DNA from: Microbotryum violaceum
Taxonomy: Eukaryota
Assembly: GCA_001244265.2 (NCBI GenBank)
Contig: CDLV01000006.1
Span: forward strand, 496,001 to 560,000
Reading direction: 5' to 3'
Length of the DNA: 64,000 nucleotides
Positions 61,703-64,000 of this stretch are shown here, piece by piece. Positions within the stretch are counted from its first letter, which is position 1, and every line of letters starts with the position of its first letter. The notes beneath the pieces are model-generated. The model worked only from the letters and a program-made list of their open reading frames with translations, made no database searches and had not been told where the DNA came from. A program made the position numbers and the translations under genes.

Positions 61703-64000
<2,298 letters not shown>

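Overview
Intron-rich, GC-rich eukaryotic DNA from a fungus. Gene content and splice signals suggest a basidiomycete, probably a Pucciniomycotina/Microbotryomycetes yeast (inference). I can support 21 spliced or single-exon protein-coding genes, in order: endosulfine Igo1, a glycosyltransferase-SGNH fusion, Pin1/Ess1, a large GHKL/sacsin-like (DUF3684-type) protein, the complex I 9.5 kDa subunit, an F-box protein, a senescence/spartin-domain protein, a Pib1-type RING ligase, a BCH-RhoGAP, Pop5, a Ych1/Cdc25-like rhodanese, a secreted dibasic-rich orphan, two tandem P450s, a Pcl-type cyclin, an MFS transporter, Imp1, a GT32, Cet1, an RPAP3-like TPR protein and an orphan membrane protein. The 5' part of Vma2 is also present. 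An accessory tract at about 28.2-39.3 kb holds the P450 pair, a third relic P450 exon, a copia RT fragment, a ~510-bp TIR element, and a 2,075-bp DNA transposon with 31-bp TIRs, an exact 8-bp target-site duplication and a decayed SWIM-finger gene. The strongest candidates for new biology are: (i) a type II membrane protein joining a GT92/GT2-like glycosyltransferase to an NXPE/TBL-like GDS...DxxH O-acyltransferase module; (ii) the SWIM-carrying TIR element; (iii) a P450 paralog that has lost the I-helix catalytic acid; (iv) a GHKL ATPase-CUE-HExxH protein. Exon boundaries were read by eye, no database searches were run, and family calls rest on remembered motifs.
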